Below, one piece after another: positions 19,795-29,918 of a DNA stretch of 64,000 bases (position 1 is the stretch's first letter; each line of letters opens with the position of its first letter). Under the pieces are notes generated by a model, which searched no databases, was not told the origin of the DNA, and worked only from the letters and a program-made list of their open reading frames with translations. The position numbers and the translations under genes are program-made. This stretch comes from an uncultured Acidobacteriota bacterium (GTDB taxonomy: Bacteria; Acidobacteriota; UBA6911; RPQK01; JAPXNP01). The stretch spans positions 1 to 64,000 of the forward strand of contig CAVZRV010000015.1 in the NCBI GenBank assembly GCA_963777605.1, given 5' to 3'.

Positions 19795-21184
19795 ATGGAC
19801 TCATTCCGGCCATACGCGGAGAAGATGCGTTCCGCAGGAATGCCGGAACTTGCGATCGAGTCGTTCCGGTACTATTTCCAGCTCTTGCTGAAGGGAGAAA
19901 CGGGGCTGGTTCCCGAGGAGGTGATCGAGCCGGTCGCAGATCTCCCATCGGCTGACGAACTGAAGGAAGAGCTCTCCGAAATCGGCCGTGAAGCTCTCGG
20001 GACAACGATCACTCTGAAGCTGAACGGTGGCCTCGGGACGAGTATGGGGCTCGATCGGGCAAAGTCTCTCCTGCAAGTTCGCGGGCGGCTGACCTTCCTC
20101 GACATCATCGTTCGCCGGGCCCTGGCATCGAAGGTTCCGCTGGTCCTGATGAACAGCTTTGCAACCGATCAGGAGACGCTCGAACTGCTCCGAGAATATC
20201 CGGAACTCGACGGAGCCAAGGCGGTTACATTCCTTCAGCACCAGGTCCCGAAGATCGATCGTGAGACCCTCCAGCCAGCCCACTACCCCGAGGATCCCGG
20301 CCTGGAGTGGTGCCCCCCGGGTCATGGAGACATCTACAACTCTCTGGTCACGAGCGGCACTTTGTCCCGGCTTCTTGCGGCGGGCAAACGGTATGCATTC
20401 ATCTCCAACTCCGACAACCTGGGTGCCGAGCTCGACCTGAGGATCCTGGGCCAGTTCGTCGCCTCCCGAGCGCCGTTCATGATGGAGGTCGCGCTCCGAA
20501 CCAAAGCGGACCGAAAAGGAGGTCACCTGGCTCGCCAAGCCGGGGGATCGGGACCTCTCCTGCTCAGGGAGTCTGCCCAGTGCCCACCCGAGGATCTGGG
20601 CCACTTTCAGGACGTCGCCCGTCATCGCTTTTTCAACACCAACAATCTCTGGATCGACTTGAAAGCCCTTGAACAGAAAGTCAAGCGACGGAGAGACGTT
20701 CCTGGAATTGCCGATGATTCGCAATGCCAAAGCGGTGAATCCCCAGGATGCGTCCTCACGACCCGTTTACCAACTGGAAACCGCCATGGGAGCGGCGATC
20801 TCTCAGTTCGAAGGAGCAACGGCCCTGGTGGTTCCGAGAAGCCGTTTCTCCCCGGTCAAGACCTGCAGCGACTTGCTCGTTGCACGGTCTGATGCGATGG
20901 TCCTCGAGAAAGACTACCGGCTAATCCCGAATCCGGAAAGGTCTTTCAAAGACCTGCTCGTTGATCTCGATCAGCGCTACTATCGACATTTGGCGGATAT
21001 GGACGCACGCTTTCCGGGAGGCCCTCCGTCTCTGGTGCGTTGCTCGAGTCTTCAGATCAGCGGAGACTTCGTACTCGGCCCGCAGGTGCGCCTGTCGGGC
21101 GATGTGAGACTGGTAAACCGAACCGGCTCGCAAATCGTTCTGAACGGCACTCACCAATTTGAGGGACACAGGACGTTTGGATGA
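19795..21184 (+). CDS. UTP--glucose-1-phosphate uridylyltransferase (eukaryote-type UDPGP fold), frameshifted near 20690
   Basis: LKLNGGLGTSMG, EWCPPGHGD, SNSDNLGA, FNTNN; second frame carries QLETAMGAAI and VPRSRFSPVKTCSDL. Confidence 0.9.
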
Positions 21185-23181
21185 CCTTTCCATCCTTGGC
21201 TGGATTGATAGGCTTCTTTCTCGCGGCGATTCTGCACGGGATCCTGCTTTCCACGGTAAGGAAGCGGCAGTGTAGAGGACAGCTCGAAAGGTTGCTGACA
21301 CTGCTGCTGTCCGGTCTGGTCCTCTGGTACAGCGGTCTGTTTCTGGCCAGCATTCTGCGGCAAATGGATCCCGGGCGCGTCGGCTTCCTGCTGGCAGCCT
21401 CTGATGCTCTCGCCTTCTCAGCCCTGAGCTTTCTTCCTGCCCTGCTGCTCCACACTCACTGGGCTTATTACCGCCGGCACTTCCAGCCCAGCCGACTCGA
21501 ACGGTCAATCGTTCGGGCCGCGCTTTTCCTGCTTTACGGCGGTCTGGTGGTGCTCCCGGTTGCGATTGGTCAATTACTTTCCGAAATATCGGTCAATCCA
21601 CTGGCCAAGCTTGGCCCATTCCGGGCCCCGTTCCTTGCAGTTCTGGGACTTTCATACGTGATCTCCGCGGTGCTCCAGTGGAAGATCGTGAGACGCTCTA
21701 ACCGACAGGTCGAGCGGAGTCTATTCAAACGACTGATTGTCCTGTTCCTCGTAATCCCGGCTTACACCTTCTGGGTGTTCGAGTTGGCCGCCCCTCAGCA
21801 AGCCTGGTACCCCTTCCAGGTCAACCTCGCGTTTCTCGGGTCGGTCCTCCCTTCGCTCGTCGTCAGCTACTACATCTACCGCCACCAGTTCCTCCAATTC
21901 TCGGTCTATCGGGGATTCTCGAACGCCCTTCTGATCGTCGCAATCATGACTGTTTACCTGGTGGTAATCCGGAAGTTCGGAAATTACCTGGAGCACGAAC
22001 TGAAGACCCCTCCGGTGCTGCTGGAGGGGATTTTCGTCGTCGGCCTCCTGCTGATCTTTCCGCCCCTCAGCCAGTGGCTGAACGATCGCCTGTCCCGCTC
22101 ATTTTCCGAGGACATCGAGCGGTTCCGCAGGGTCGCCGGTCTGATCCGGTCAGGGTCGTTTCAGCTCACCTCCATCGAGGAATTGAGAGCCGAGATTGAG
22201 AGCCTGCTGAAGAACGAGTTTCCTGAGATCGAGGCTCGAATCGCGTTCGCAAACGATTCCGCGAGTATTGGAGAGTTCGTCACGATCCCCTTGTCCCGTG
22301 AGAAGGAAATCGGATACCTTCAGTTGATCCGGCCGGAAAACCCGACCGCCGGCCAACGCGAAGGCCTTCATATCCTCGCCCATGAAATTGCGAACTCACT
22401 CGAACGGTCGAGAATGCTCCAGGTCCAGTTGTCCCTGGAGCGCGAGGTCGCCCGCAAGAGCCGCATGGAAGAACTGGGACAAATGGCTGCCACCGTTGCC
22501 CACAACGTCAAGAATCCCCTGAGTTCGATCCGGACACTGCTGCAGCTTCAGCGAGAGGCGAACAACCTCACCGATGAACAGCAGTCTGAACTCGGGATGA
22601 TGATTGAGGAAGTTGACCGCCTCGCCCGGACCGTGACGTCCCTGCTGCGGTTTTCCAGGCTGGAGAATCTCGAGTCGGCGCCTTCCGTTGCGAAGGTCAA
22701 CCTGGACAGCCTGATTCAATCCGTCGCATCCGTCTACCGGGGCATGGTCGAATCGGGAGATCTGCGTTTGGAGACCGTCTGCTCCAGGACCCCACCGTGG
22801 ATCGCTACCAACCAGGAAAGTCTTCAGGAGATCCTCGGCAACCTGCTGTGGAACGCCGTCGAGGCGAGCCCGCCGGGTGGCCTGATTCGAGTCACGGTAC
22901 AGGGATCGCCCGACCAGGCGGAATTTACCATTGAAGACGACGGACCGGGAATTCCGGGCCACCTGATCAGCAAGATCTTCGAACCTTTTTTCACTACCAA
23001 GGCGGCCGGGACAGGCTTGGGCCTGGCCATTGTGAAGCGACGGGTCGAACAACTTGGCGGGTCGATCCAGATGGAGCGGGGTACTCGAACGGGCACAATC
23101 GTAAGACTTGCCATTCCGGATGCCAGGGAGAGTAGCGAGGGGGCATCCCAGGGAGTAAATAACAATGCCAAGCGCCATTAA
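21181..23181 (+). CDS. Membrane sensor histidine kinase (multi-TM N-terminus, GAF-like region)
   Basis: H-box VAHNVKNPL, N-box NLLWNA, DDGPGI, FEPFFTTK, GTGLGL; ATGA overlap with the upstream gene. Confidence 0.93.
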   Translation: MTFPSLAGLIGFFLAAILHGILLSTVRKRQCRGQLERLLTLLLSGLVLWYSGLFLASILRQMDPGRVGFLLAASDALAFSALSFLPALLLHTHWAYYRRHFQPSRLERSIVRAALFLLYGGLVVLPVAIGQLLSEISVNPLAKLGPFRAPFLAVLGLSYVISAVLQWKIVRRSNRQVERSLFKRLIVLFLVIPAYTFWVFELAAPQQAWYPFQVNLAFLGSVLPSLVVSYYIYRHQFLQFSVYRGFSNALLIVAIMTVYLVVIRKFGNYLEHELKTPPVLLEGIFVVGLLLIFPPLSQWLNDRLSRSFSEDIERFRRVAGLIRSGSFQLTSIEELRAEIESLLKNEFPEIEARIAFANDSASIGEFVTIPLSREKEIGYLQLIRPENPTAGQREGLHILAHEIANSLERSRMLQVQLSLEREVARKSRMEELGQMAATVAHNVKNPLSSIRTLLQLQREANNLTDEQQSELGMMIEEVDRLARTVTSLLRFSRLENLESAPSVAKVNLDSLIQSVASVYRGMVESGDLRLETVCSRTPPWIATNQESLQEILGNLLWNAVEASPPGGLIRVTVQGSPDQAEFTIEDDGPGIPGHLISKIFEPFFTTKAAGTGLGLAIVKRRVEQLGGSIQMERGTRTGTIVRLAIPDARESSEGASQGVNNNAKRH

Positions 23182-24574
23182 AGTACTCATTGTCGACGAC
23201 GAGCGCACCGCCCGCTACGGAATGCGCAAGGCACTCGATCTCCAGGTCGAAGTCCTCGAAGCCGATCAACTGTCAACGGCACAGCTAATCTTCGAAGAGA
23301 AAGCTCCCGAGATCGTACTCCTCGACCTCAACCTCGGAGGAGAGAGCGGATTCGAGTTTCTCGCGTTCACCCAGAAACAGGATCTCCGTCCCCATGTCAT
23401 CGTGATCACCGCACACGGCAACGAGCGGGTTGCGGTGGACGCCATGAAGCGAGGGGCCTACCACTACATCGCAAAACCCTTCGACGTGGACGAACTTCGC
23501 GCCGTGGTCCGCAACGCCGGCGAGTCCATTTTGCTCCAGCGCGAGAATCTTGAACTCCGGGACCGCCTGGATCGCGTCCGCGGATACGGGTCCATCATCG
23601 GACAGAGCAATTCCATGACGCGTGTCTACTCCATCATCGAAAAGGTGGCGGAAACCGACGTGACGGTCTTGATCACGGGAGAGAGCGGGTCCGGCAAAGA
23701 ACTAGTGTCCCACGCCATCCACCGGGCGAGCCCGAGGCGCCAGTACGAAATGGTGACGGTCAATTGCGCGGCGATCCCGGATAACCTGATCGAAAGCGAA
23801 CTATTCGGGCACGAGAAAGGTGCATTCACCGGCGCCACCCAGCGCCGAATCGGAAAGTTTGAGCAGGCCCGCCGGGGCACTCTCTTCCTCGATGAGATCG
23901 GAGACATGCCACTGGGGACCCAGGCCAAGATCTTACGGGCCCTCGAAGAAAAGAAGGTCGAGCGCCTGGGAAGTAACCAGCCTCTGGATGTAGACGTTCG
24001 AATCGTCAGCGCCACCAACCGGAGTCTGAAAGAGATGGTCGACGAGGGAACATTTCGCGCCGACCTCTACTACCGGCTGGAGGTGGTTCGCATCGAGTTG
24101 CCACCGCTCCGGAAAAGGAAAGACGACATCCCGCTCCTGACCGAGTTCTTCATCCGGCAGTTCGCAGATCGCCACGGGAGAAACATAACGGGAATATCTT
24201 CCGAAGCACTTTCCCAGCTGGTCCGCTACGATTTCCCGGGGAACGTCCGACAGTTGCGCAACCTCGTCGAACGGATCGTGGTTCTTTCGTCCGGCCGTCA
24301 GATTGAAATGGGCGATCTGCCGGACGAGGTTCGCCTTTTCGACTCGGAGACCGGCCAGGATGCCCGCATTCTCAGCCTGGAACCCTTCCTCGAGCTGCCG
24401 TTCAAAGAGGCGCGGGACAGCTTCGAACGCAATTTTCTCCTCTCCAGGCTCGCCGAGCACGAGAACAATATCACGCACACGGCTGCTGCGATCGGGCTGC
24501 ACCGGCAGAGCCTGCAGCAGAAAATCAAGGACCTGGATCTGAGGCCCCTGATAGCGCGCGACGACACTTTCTGA
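23165..24574 (+). CDS. Sigma-54-dependent response regulator (NtrC family)
   Basis: REC domain, GESGSGKE, ESELFGHEKGAFTGA, GTLFLDEIG, FPGNVRQL, Fis-type HTH. Confidence 0.95.
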   Translation: MPSAIKVLIVDDERTARYGMRKALDLQVEVLEADQLSTAQLIFEEKAPEIVLLDLNLGGESGFEFLAFTQKQDLRPHVIVITAHGNERVAVDAMKRGAYHYIAKPFDVDELRAVVRNAGESILLQRENLELRDRLDRVRGYGSIIGQSNSMTRVYSIIEKVAETDVTVLITGESGSGKELVSHAIHRASPRRQYEMVTVNCAAIPDNLIESELFGHEKGAFTGATQRRIGKFEQARRGTLFLDEIGDMPLGTQAKILRALEEKKVERLGSNQPLDVDVRIVSATNRSLKEMVDEGTFRADLYYRLEVVRIELPPLRKRKDDIPLLTEFFIRQFADRHGRNITGISSEALSQLVRYDFPGNVRQLRNLVERIVVLSSGRQIEMGDLPDEVRLFDSETGQDARILSLEPFLELPFKEARDSFERNFLLSRLAEHENNITHTAAAIGLHRQSLQQKIKDLDLRPLIARDDTF

Positions 24575-24579
24575 GTTGA

Positions 24580-24633
24580 TGGTGGAAAAACTGTGGGTAC
24601 TTGCCAGTAACCTGGTGTATAAATTGTGGGTAC
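24580..24633 (+). repeat. Imperfect 21-bp direct repeat, 33-bp period, DnaA-box-like
   Basis: TGGTGGAAAAACTGTGGGTAC (24580-24600) and TGGTGTATAAATTGTGGGTAC (24613-24633). Confidence 0.55.
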
Positions 24634-24755
24634 ACGGAGGAGTTGGCCTTGCCAGGAACGTCCTCGGAGATAAGGTTACCTCCAGGACTCCTGATCCAGG
24701 TTCATATCATTCGAAGAGTTTAGACCCCATCGGAATGCCCCGAGGAGAAATCCCC

Positions 24756-26594
24756 ATGAAAAGACTTATGATCGTCCTGTACTGCTTGTGGGCTCTAGTG
24801 GTTCATCTGTCTGCGCAGAACGTCGGCGACCAGGCAACCGCGGGAGGTTCCAGCAATCGCACCTACCTCAACGCAAACGCCGGGCCTATTTCACCTCCCT
24901 TCGAACGACTGCGAACTCTGATCCTGCCGGAGGGGGCCGATGCCCGGAGTCTCACGGTCTTCGACCAGTCAGCGTTGATCGGTTCGGCCGGAGATCCGGG
25001 CCAGTTCTGGCTGCTGAACAAGGACACCGGCGCTGTTCGATGGACCGCCGAGATTCCGGGCGGCGCGGCCTTGGACTATGTTCCGGCAATGAGCGGCGAC
25101 GTTGTGTTGCTGGGAGGCTCCGCAACAACGACGGTGGCTGCTGTCCAGGTATCCACCGGCGTGACACTTTGGTCGGAGGACCGCTTCGGCTCGTCGGTGG
25201 GCCGTTCTCCGATTCTCACAAATGACCTGGCGCTCTTTCACGGGCCGCTCGGCATCACCGCCGCAGAATCGGCCGGTGGAGCCGTATTCTGGCACTTTCC
25301 GGCAACATCCGAGCAGGATTCCGTCAGCCTGGGTGCCTCCCCCTCGTCGCTGTTTGGGAGCCGGGTCTACGTCGCCGGACAGCCGGCCGGCGTTACCGCC
25401 CTCAACCTGCTCGATGGTGTCCCGGTCTGGACAACACTGGTCGCAGGCGAAAACGGCTCGGACATCCTGGCCACCCAGAAATACATTTTCGTGACCGATC
25501 CCTCAGCCAACTCCGTGACCGCCCTGAGAGCATCGAGTGGCGCGCTGGCGTGGACGCTCCAACTGGACGGACCGTTCGGGACTCCGGGCATTGCCCTCGC
25601 CTACAACCAGCTCTTCGTCTTTTACTCCAGGGATGGCGAGGCCGTCGTGGCTGCACTCCAGCCGGAGAACGGCGACCTGATCTGGGAAAAGACCGACCCC
25701 TCAGAGGACTCGGGAGCTCCCCTCTACGCCACAGTCGCCAACAACTCGGTCTTCTTCTACAACAGTGGAAGTGAACGGCTGAGAGCTTTTGAAGCGTTCA
25801 CCGGCACCCTGACCTGGAGTCACCACGTGACTGATGTCCGGGCACTGTCCGTAGCCGGTGGAAACCTATACGCTCTCCTCGGCGGCAGCCTCGAGATCTA
25901 CCAGCCCGTCCACCAGGTTTACCTCCCCCAGATCGCGGATGGGGCCGGGGCCACGACACTCATCACCCTGGCCAACCTGTCGTCGGTGGTCAACTCGGGA
26001 TCGCTCGAGTTCCTGGACGAATCGGGCCAACCGCTCGCCCTGGAGGTTGTGGGCCTCACCGACCCGGTCTCCAGCGTGAATTTCTCGCTCCAGCCGAACG
26101 GAACCGTCAAGGTCCAGACCGCCGGCAACTCGCTCGACCTCTCTTCCGGTTGGGCCCGGGTGACGGGGATCCGCCCCTTGACGGCTACGTCGGTCTTCCA
26201 GTACTCGGACGACCAGGTGATCCTGTTCGAGGCTGGGGTTGGAGACTCGCCGGCAACGGGTGCAGCCAATCTCTTCGTGACCCGCATCGGACCTTCGGCT
26301 GCGAGCCAGATCAGCACCGGACTGGCTCTGGTCAACCCTTCGGATGAAACGGCCACAGTCGCCATCCAGTTCCGCAGAAGACTGCCGAGTTCGGCCACTT
26401 TCGACACGGAACGAACCCTCGAACCGGGACAGCACATTGCCGAGTTCGTGGAAGAACTCTTCCCCGGAGACACTGATTCCGAAGCCGAGGGATATCTGAT
26501 CCTTCGCTCAGACATTCCAATCGCGCTGACCGCGCTCAGGACTCAGAACGGGTACCAGATGTCGAGCTATCCTGTCGGGATCCCGGGAAACTGA
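24756..26594 (+). CDS. Secreted PQQ-like beta-propeller protein with C-terminal beta-sandwich domains
   Basis: GAGGAG RBS, signal peptide, repeated A.....G...W propeller motifs; C-terminal LPQIADG / TGLALVNPS pattern. Confidence 0.8.
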   Translation: MKRLMIVLYCLWALVVHLSAQNVGDQATAGGSSNRTYLNANAGPISPPFERLRTLILPEGADARSLTVFDQSALIGSAGDPGQFWLLNKDTGAVRWTAEIPGGAALDYVPAMSGDVVLLGGSATTTVAAVQVSTGVTLWSEDRFGSSVGRSPILTNDLALFHGPLGITAAESAGGAVFWHFPATSEQDSVSLGASPSSLFGSRVYVAGQPAGVTALNLLDGVPVWTTLVAGENGSDILATQKYIFVTDPSANSVTALRASSGALAWTLQLDGPFGTPGIALAYNQLFVFYSRDGEAVVAALQPENGDLIWEKTDPSEDSGAPLYATVANNSVFFYNSGSERLRAFEAFTGTLTWSHHVTDVRALSVAGGNLYALLGGSLEIYQPVHQVYLPQIADGAGATTLITLANLSSVVNSGSLEFLDESGQPLALEVVGLTDPVSSVNFSLQPNGTVKVQTAGNSLDLSSGWARVTGIRPLTATSVFQYSDDQVILFEAGVGDSPATGAANLFVTRIGPSAASQISTGLALVNPSDETATVAIQFRRRLPSSATFDTERTLEPGQHIAEFVEELFPGDTDSEAEGYLILRSDIPIALTALRTQNGYQMSSYPVGIPGN

Positions 26595-26619
26595 TCCACC
26601 TGAGGATCCAGGCAAATGC

Positions 26620-26656
26620 GGCGAAGGGGCCGTGACTCGATCCCGGTCCCTTCGCC
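26620..26656. terminator. Hairpin between convergent genes
   Basis: GGCGAAGGGGCCG ... CGGTCCCTTCGCC. Confidence 0.6.
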
Positions 26657-26672
26657 AATCTTCAGGGTGTGA

Positions 26673-26936
26673 CTACTTGGATTCGTACCAGTCGTAATTG
26701 ATTTCGATGTACTTCTGCCACTTCTCCGGGACTTCATCCTCGGGGAAAATGGCTTCTACCGGACATTCCGGAACGCAGGCGCCGCAATCGATACACTCCT
26801 CAGGATCGATGTACAGCTGCTGATTCTCCTCGAATTCATCCTCGTCACTCCGCGGATGAATGCAATCCACGGGACAGGAGTCTACACAGGCGGTGTCTTT
26901 TGTACCGATACACGGTTCTGTAATGATGAATGCCAT
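26673..26936 (-). CDS. Dicluster ferredoxin (FdxA-like)
   Basis: CIGTKDTACVDSCPVDCI and CIDCGACVPECP; GAGGTGA RBS. Confidence 0.93.
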   Translation of the reverse strand: MAFIITEPCIGTKDTACVDSCPVDCIHPRSDEDEFEENQQLYIDPEECIDCGACVPECPVEAIFPEDEVPEKWQKYIEINYDWYESK

Positions 26937-27201
26937 CCGAACTCACCTCTCTAAGCTCGCCGAAACGACCCGAACCCAGTTTCCGTCCTCCAAATCCGGG
27001 CCGACAATCTCGACTGTTCAATGTCCCAGAGAAAGTACCAGACATGGCCAATTTCATACAACAGCAAAACCGGCAAATCGACACCATTATAGGTTGCCCG
27101 GAAAGACTTCGCGGAAGCGGCCCCGAAACGCCGTGACGCTTGAGGTTTCCGGAAATCGGGCTTATTGATTCGCCCAAGATCTTTCCCATACACTTAGCCG
27201 A

Positions 27202-28173
27202 GTGAATCGCACCGAACGGCTTCTGGACCTCATCACGTACCTGCTCAACTCGAAGGAGCCTGTTTCGTGGCGGAAAATCAAGAATCACTTCCCCGACGAC
27301 TATGCACGCGGAGTCGAAGAGTCCAACCAGCGCAAGTTTGAACGGGACAAGGCGGAACTCATCTCCCTCGGGATTCCAATCGATTACCAGAGTGCTGCTG
27401 AAAGCCAGAAGGAGGGGTACCTGATCCGCAAGGAGCGGCTGTTTCTTTCGGAGATCCAATTTTCTCCCGAAGAATTCTCGTTGCTCATGCTCGCTGCCAA
27501 CGCCGTCCTGGGAAATGAAAGCTTTCCGTATCGGGATCAACTGGAATCGGCCCTCAACAAGATAATCAGTCTCCAGCCTAACTTCAGCCCGCCTCCTGAC
27601 GAAATCTCCATGACGCTCACGCCGATGCGCAACTCGGCTCCCTCGACCGTGATTCAACGCCTCCAGGATGCCCTCGACCGGCGCAAATCCGTCTTCATCC
27701 GCTATCACGCGTTCTCCACGCGGGAGGTCACGGAACGAAGAGTCGATCCGTACGGACTCCTGTTCAGCCGCGGCAAGTGGACCCTCGTCGGGCAGGATCA
27801 CCTCCGTGGCGAGCTTCGCAACTTTGTCCTTTCCCGAGTCAAGAAACTGGAAATCAACACCCGGCGACCCGGGACTCCCGACTTCAAGATCCCGGAAGAC
27901 TTCTCGCTTCACCGCTACCAGAACCGTCAACCCTGGGAGTTCGATCGCCACCAGCCGATCACCGTTGTGCTCGAAATTGCCCCCCACCGACTGGCCGAGC
28001 TCCTGCCCCAGCTTTCCAAGGCAGAGCAACTGGGAGAGGGCCGCTTCAGGTTAATTGTAACGAACTCTGCCCGGTTGATTTCCTGGGTTCTGGAGCAGAA
28101 GACAGACGTGCGGATCCTTGAGCCCCAGGAGTTGCGGGACCGTCTCATCAGTGCCCTCCGGAGACTGGCATGA
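27202..28173 (+). CDS. PafB-like HTH-WYL-WCX transcriptional regulator
   Basis: ERLLDLITYLL ... RKFERDKAELISLGIPI (PafB signature); WYL region RRVDPYGL...GKWTLVG..R.F..SR. Confidence 0.88.
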   Translation: MNRTERLLDLITYLLNSKEPVSWRKIKNHFPDDYARGVEESNQRKFERDKAELISLGIPIDYQSAAESQKEGYLIRKERLFLSEIQFSPEEFSLLMLAANAVLGNESFPYRDQLESALNKIISLQPNFSPPPDEISMTLTPMRNSAPSTVIQRLQDALDRRKSVFIRYHAFSTREVTERRVDPYGLLFSRGKWTLVGQDHLRGELRNFVLSRVKKLEINTRRPGTPDFKIPEDFSLHRYQNRQPWEFDRHQPITVVLEIAPHRLAELLPQLSKAEQLGEGRFRLIVTNSARLISWVLEQKTDVRILEPQELRDRLISALRRLA

Positions 28174-29129
28174 ACGTGACGGGAAGGATAAATCGCATCC
28201 TGTTTATTCTGAGTTATGTCTCTCAGAACCAGGGAATTACTGTTGAAGAACTGGCGGAGAAAGCGGGCATGCGCCCCAAAGCTCTCCTCAAGGAACTGGA
28301 GTTCATCAGCCTGATCGGAAAACCGCCTTTCAAGCCCGATGATTACGTCGACATCTACGTCGAAGAAGACCGGGTATTCATCGAATTCGATCAGAGTCTG
28401 AATCGCCCATTGCGGTTCACCCGTTCCGAGGCGGTTTCCCTGCTGGTTTCGCTGGAGCTTCTGGACCCTGAGCTGGACCCGGAGGGAGTCAGGTCGCTGC
28501 AGGCGAAAATCGAATCCGTCATCTCCGAATCGGTCGATGTGATCGGCCCGCTTCAGGAACTGGTCATCCTCGAGAAAACCGCCTTACCGGTCTCCGAGCA
28601 CTTCCGCCAGATCAAGGAAGCTGTCGAGAGCCACACAAAACTTGAAATCGAGTACTTCTCGATGGCCAGCAATTCGAAGACCCGGCGTGTGATCCGGCCG
28701 CTGCACCTCATGAATCGGCTTGGGTCCTGGTATGTCACCGGGTACTGTGAAAAGCGACAGGACCTCCGGACCTTTCGCTTCGAGCGGATCCTCGCGGTGA
28801 AAGGTCTCGAATCCACCTTCCAGCTTCCGGACGATTTTGACCTCGAAAAGTACCGGTCCGACTTCGGGGAACCCAAGGGCGAACAGACCGTCGAGATCCA
28901 GTTCGACAAAGAAGTCGCCCCATGGATCCGGGAACGCTGGGGGGATGCGACCCGGGACAGCAACGATGGCGGAACGATTTTGACTCTGCAAAGCTCGGGC
29001 CTGGAATTCCCGTCCCGGCTGGTTCTGAGTTACGCCCCGCACGCCAGGCCACTGCAACCGAAGCAACTGGTCGAGAAAGTCCGGCTGGACGCCAACGAGA
29101 TCATTCTGGCCCAGGGTGCGACGCATTGA
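28170..29129 (+). CDS. PafC-like HTH-WYL-WCX transcriptional regulator
   Basis: LIGKPPFKPDDYVDI...LNRPLRFTRSEA (PafC signature); SWYVTGYC...RTFRFERI; ATGA overlap. Confidence 0.88.
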   Translation: MNVTGRINRILFILSYVSQNQGITVEELAEKAGMRPKALLKELEFISLIGKPPFKPDDYVDIYVEEDRVFIEFDQSLNRPLRFTRSEAVSLLVSLELLDPELDPEGVRSLQAKIESVISESVDVIGPLQELVILEKTALPVSEHFRQIKEAVESHTKLEIEYFSMASNSKTRRVIRPLHLMNRLGSWYVTGYCEKRQDLRTFRFERILAVKGLESTFQLPDDFDLEKYRSDFGEPKGEQTVEIQFDKEVAPWIRERWGDATRDSNDGGTILTLQSSGLEFPSRLVLSYAPHARPLQPKQLVEKVRLDANEIILAQGATH

Positions 29130-29833
29130 ATAAACGGATTTTCTTCCTGCTTTGTCTCTGCACCTTCACCTGGTCTCAAGGCCTTGCCCAGGACGCATCG
29201 GCATCCCGGGAGAAGGAAAAGCCGAACTTCTTTTCCCAACTGCTTCAGGACGAAAAGGAGATCTGGTCAACCCCGATCCGGCCGGAGACCTGGAAATCGC
29301 CCAGAACCTACCTTTTCATCGGGCTGTCGGCGGTTTCGTTCTCACTCGACGACGAGCCGGCCAGGCGGCTTCGTGAAAACCCCAGCTTTCGGTGTTTCAA
29401 CGATGCCGTGGCCTCCACGCCGGGCGATCTCACGCTCGCTCTCTTTCCCGCCGCTGTCTGGGCGGCCGGGGCGGCAAGCGGAAACCGTTCGATCTCTGAC
29501 TTTGGGCAGAAGATCAGCCGTGCGGCGATCGCCGGCTTTGCGGTCTCGACTGTGATCAAGGGCGCCACCCTTCGCGATCGTCCCCACACCGGGAAAGTTT
29601 ACGGTTTCTGGGAGGGCGGCAATTCTTTCCCGTCGGGTCACGCGACAGTGGCCTGGGCAATCGCTGCCTCTTCGGTCAAGCATTTCGAAAAGCACAAGTG
29701 GGTCCCCTGGATCGCCTTCCCGGCAGCCGGCCTGGTGGCGTTCTCGCGAGTCAGTTCAGGAAACCACTTTCCTTCCGATGCGGTTACGGGATCGCTGATC
29801 GGCTTCGCAATCGGCTTCTGGGGGGTGAGGTGA
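29126..29833 (+). CDS. PAP2-family phosphatase with signal peptide
   Basis: K....R.RP, SFPSGH, SRVSSGNHFPSD; TTGA start/stop overlap with the pafC-like gene. Confidence 0.85.
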   Translation: MNKRIFFLLCLCTFTWSQGLAQDASASREKEKPNFFSQLLQDEKEIWSTPIRPETWKSPRTYLFIGLSAVSFSLDDEPARRLRENPSFRCFNDAVASTPGDLTLALFPAAVWAAGAASGNRSISDFGQKISRAAIAGFAVSTVIKGATLRDRPHTGKVYGFWEGGNSFPSGHATVAWAIAASSVKHFEKHKWVPWIAFPAAGLVAFSRVSSGNHFPSDAVTGSLIGFAIGFWGVR

Positions 29834-29918
29834 TTCCCTGTGGAGTTGAACTTTTTTGGGTTTGCGCAAATCTGGTAAAAGGGATCTGTCCCGATCTTCC
29901 ATCAAAGGAGGGCCTTCA

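Noticed and set aside
27001-27006. TGTCGG (minus strand) as a PafBC promoter motif
   Set aside because: It is not followed by TA-N3-T at the 10-nt spacing.
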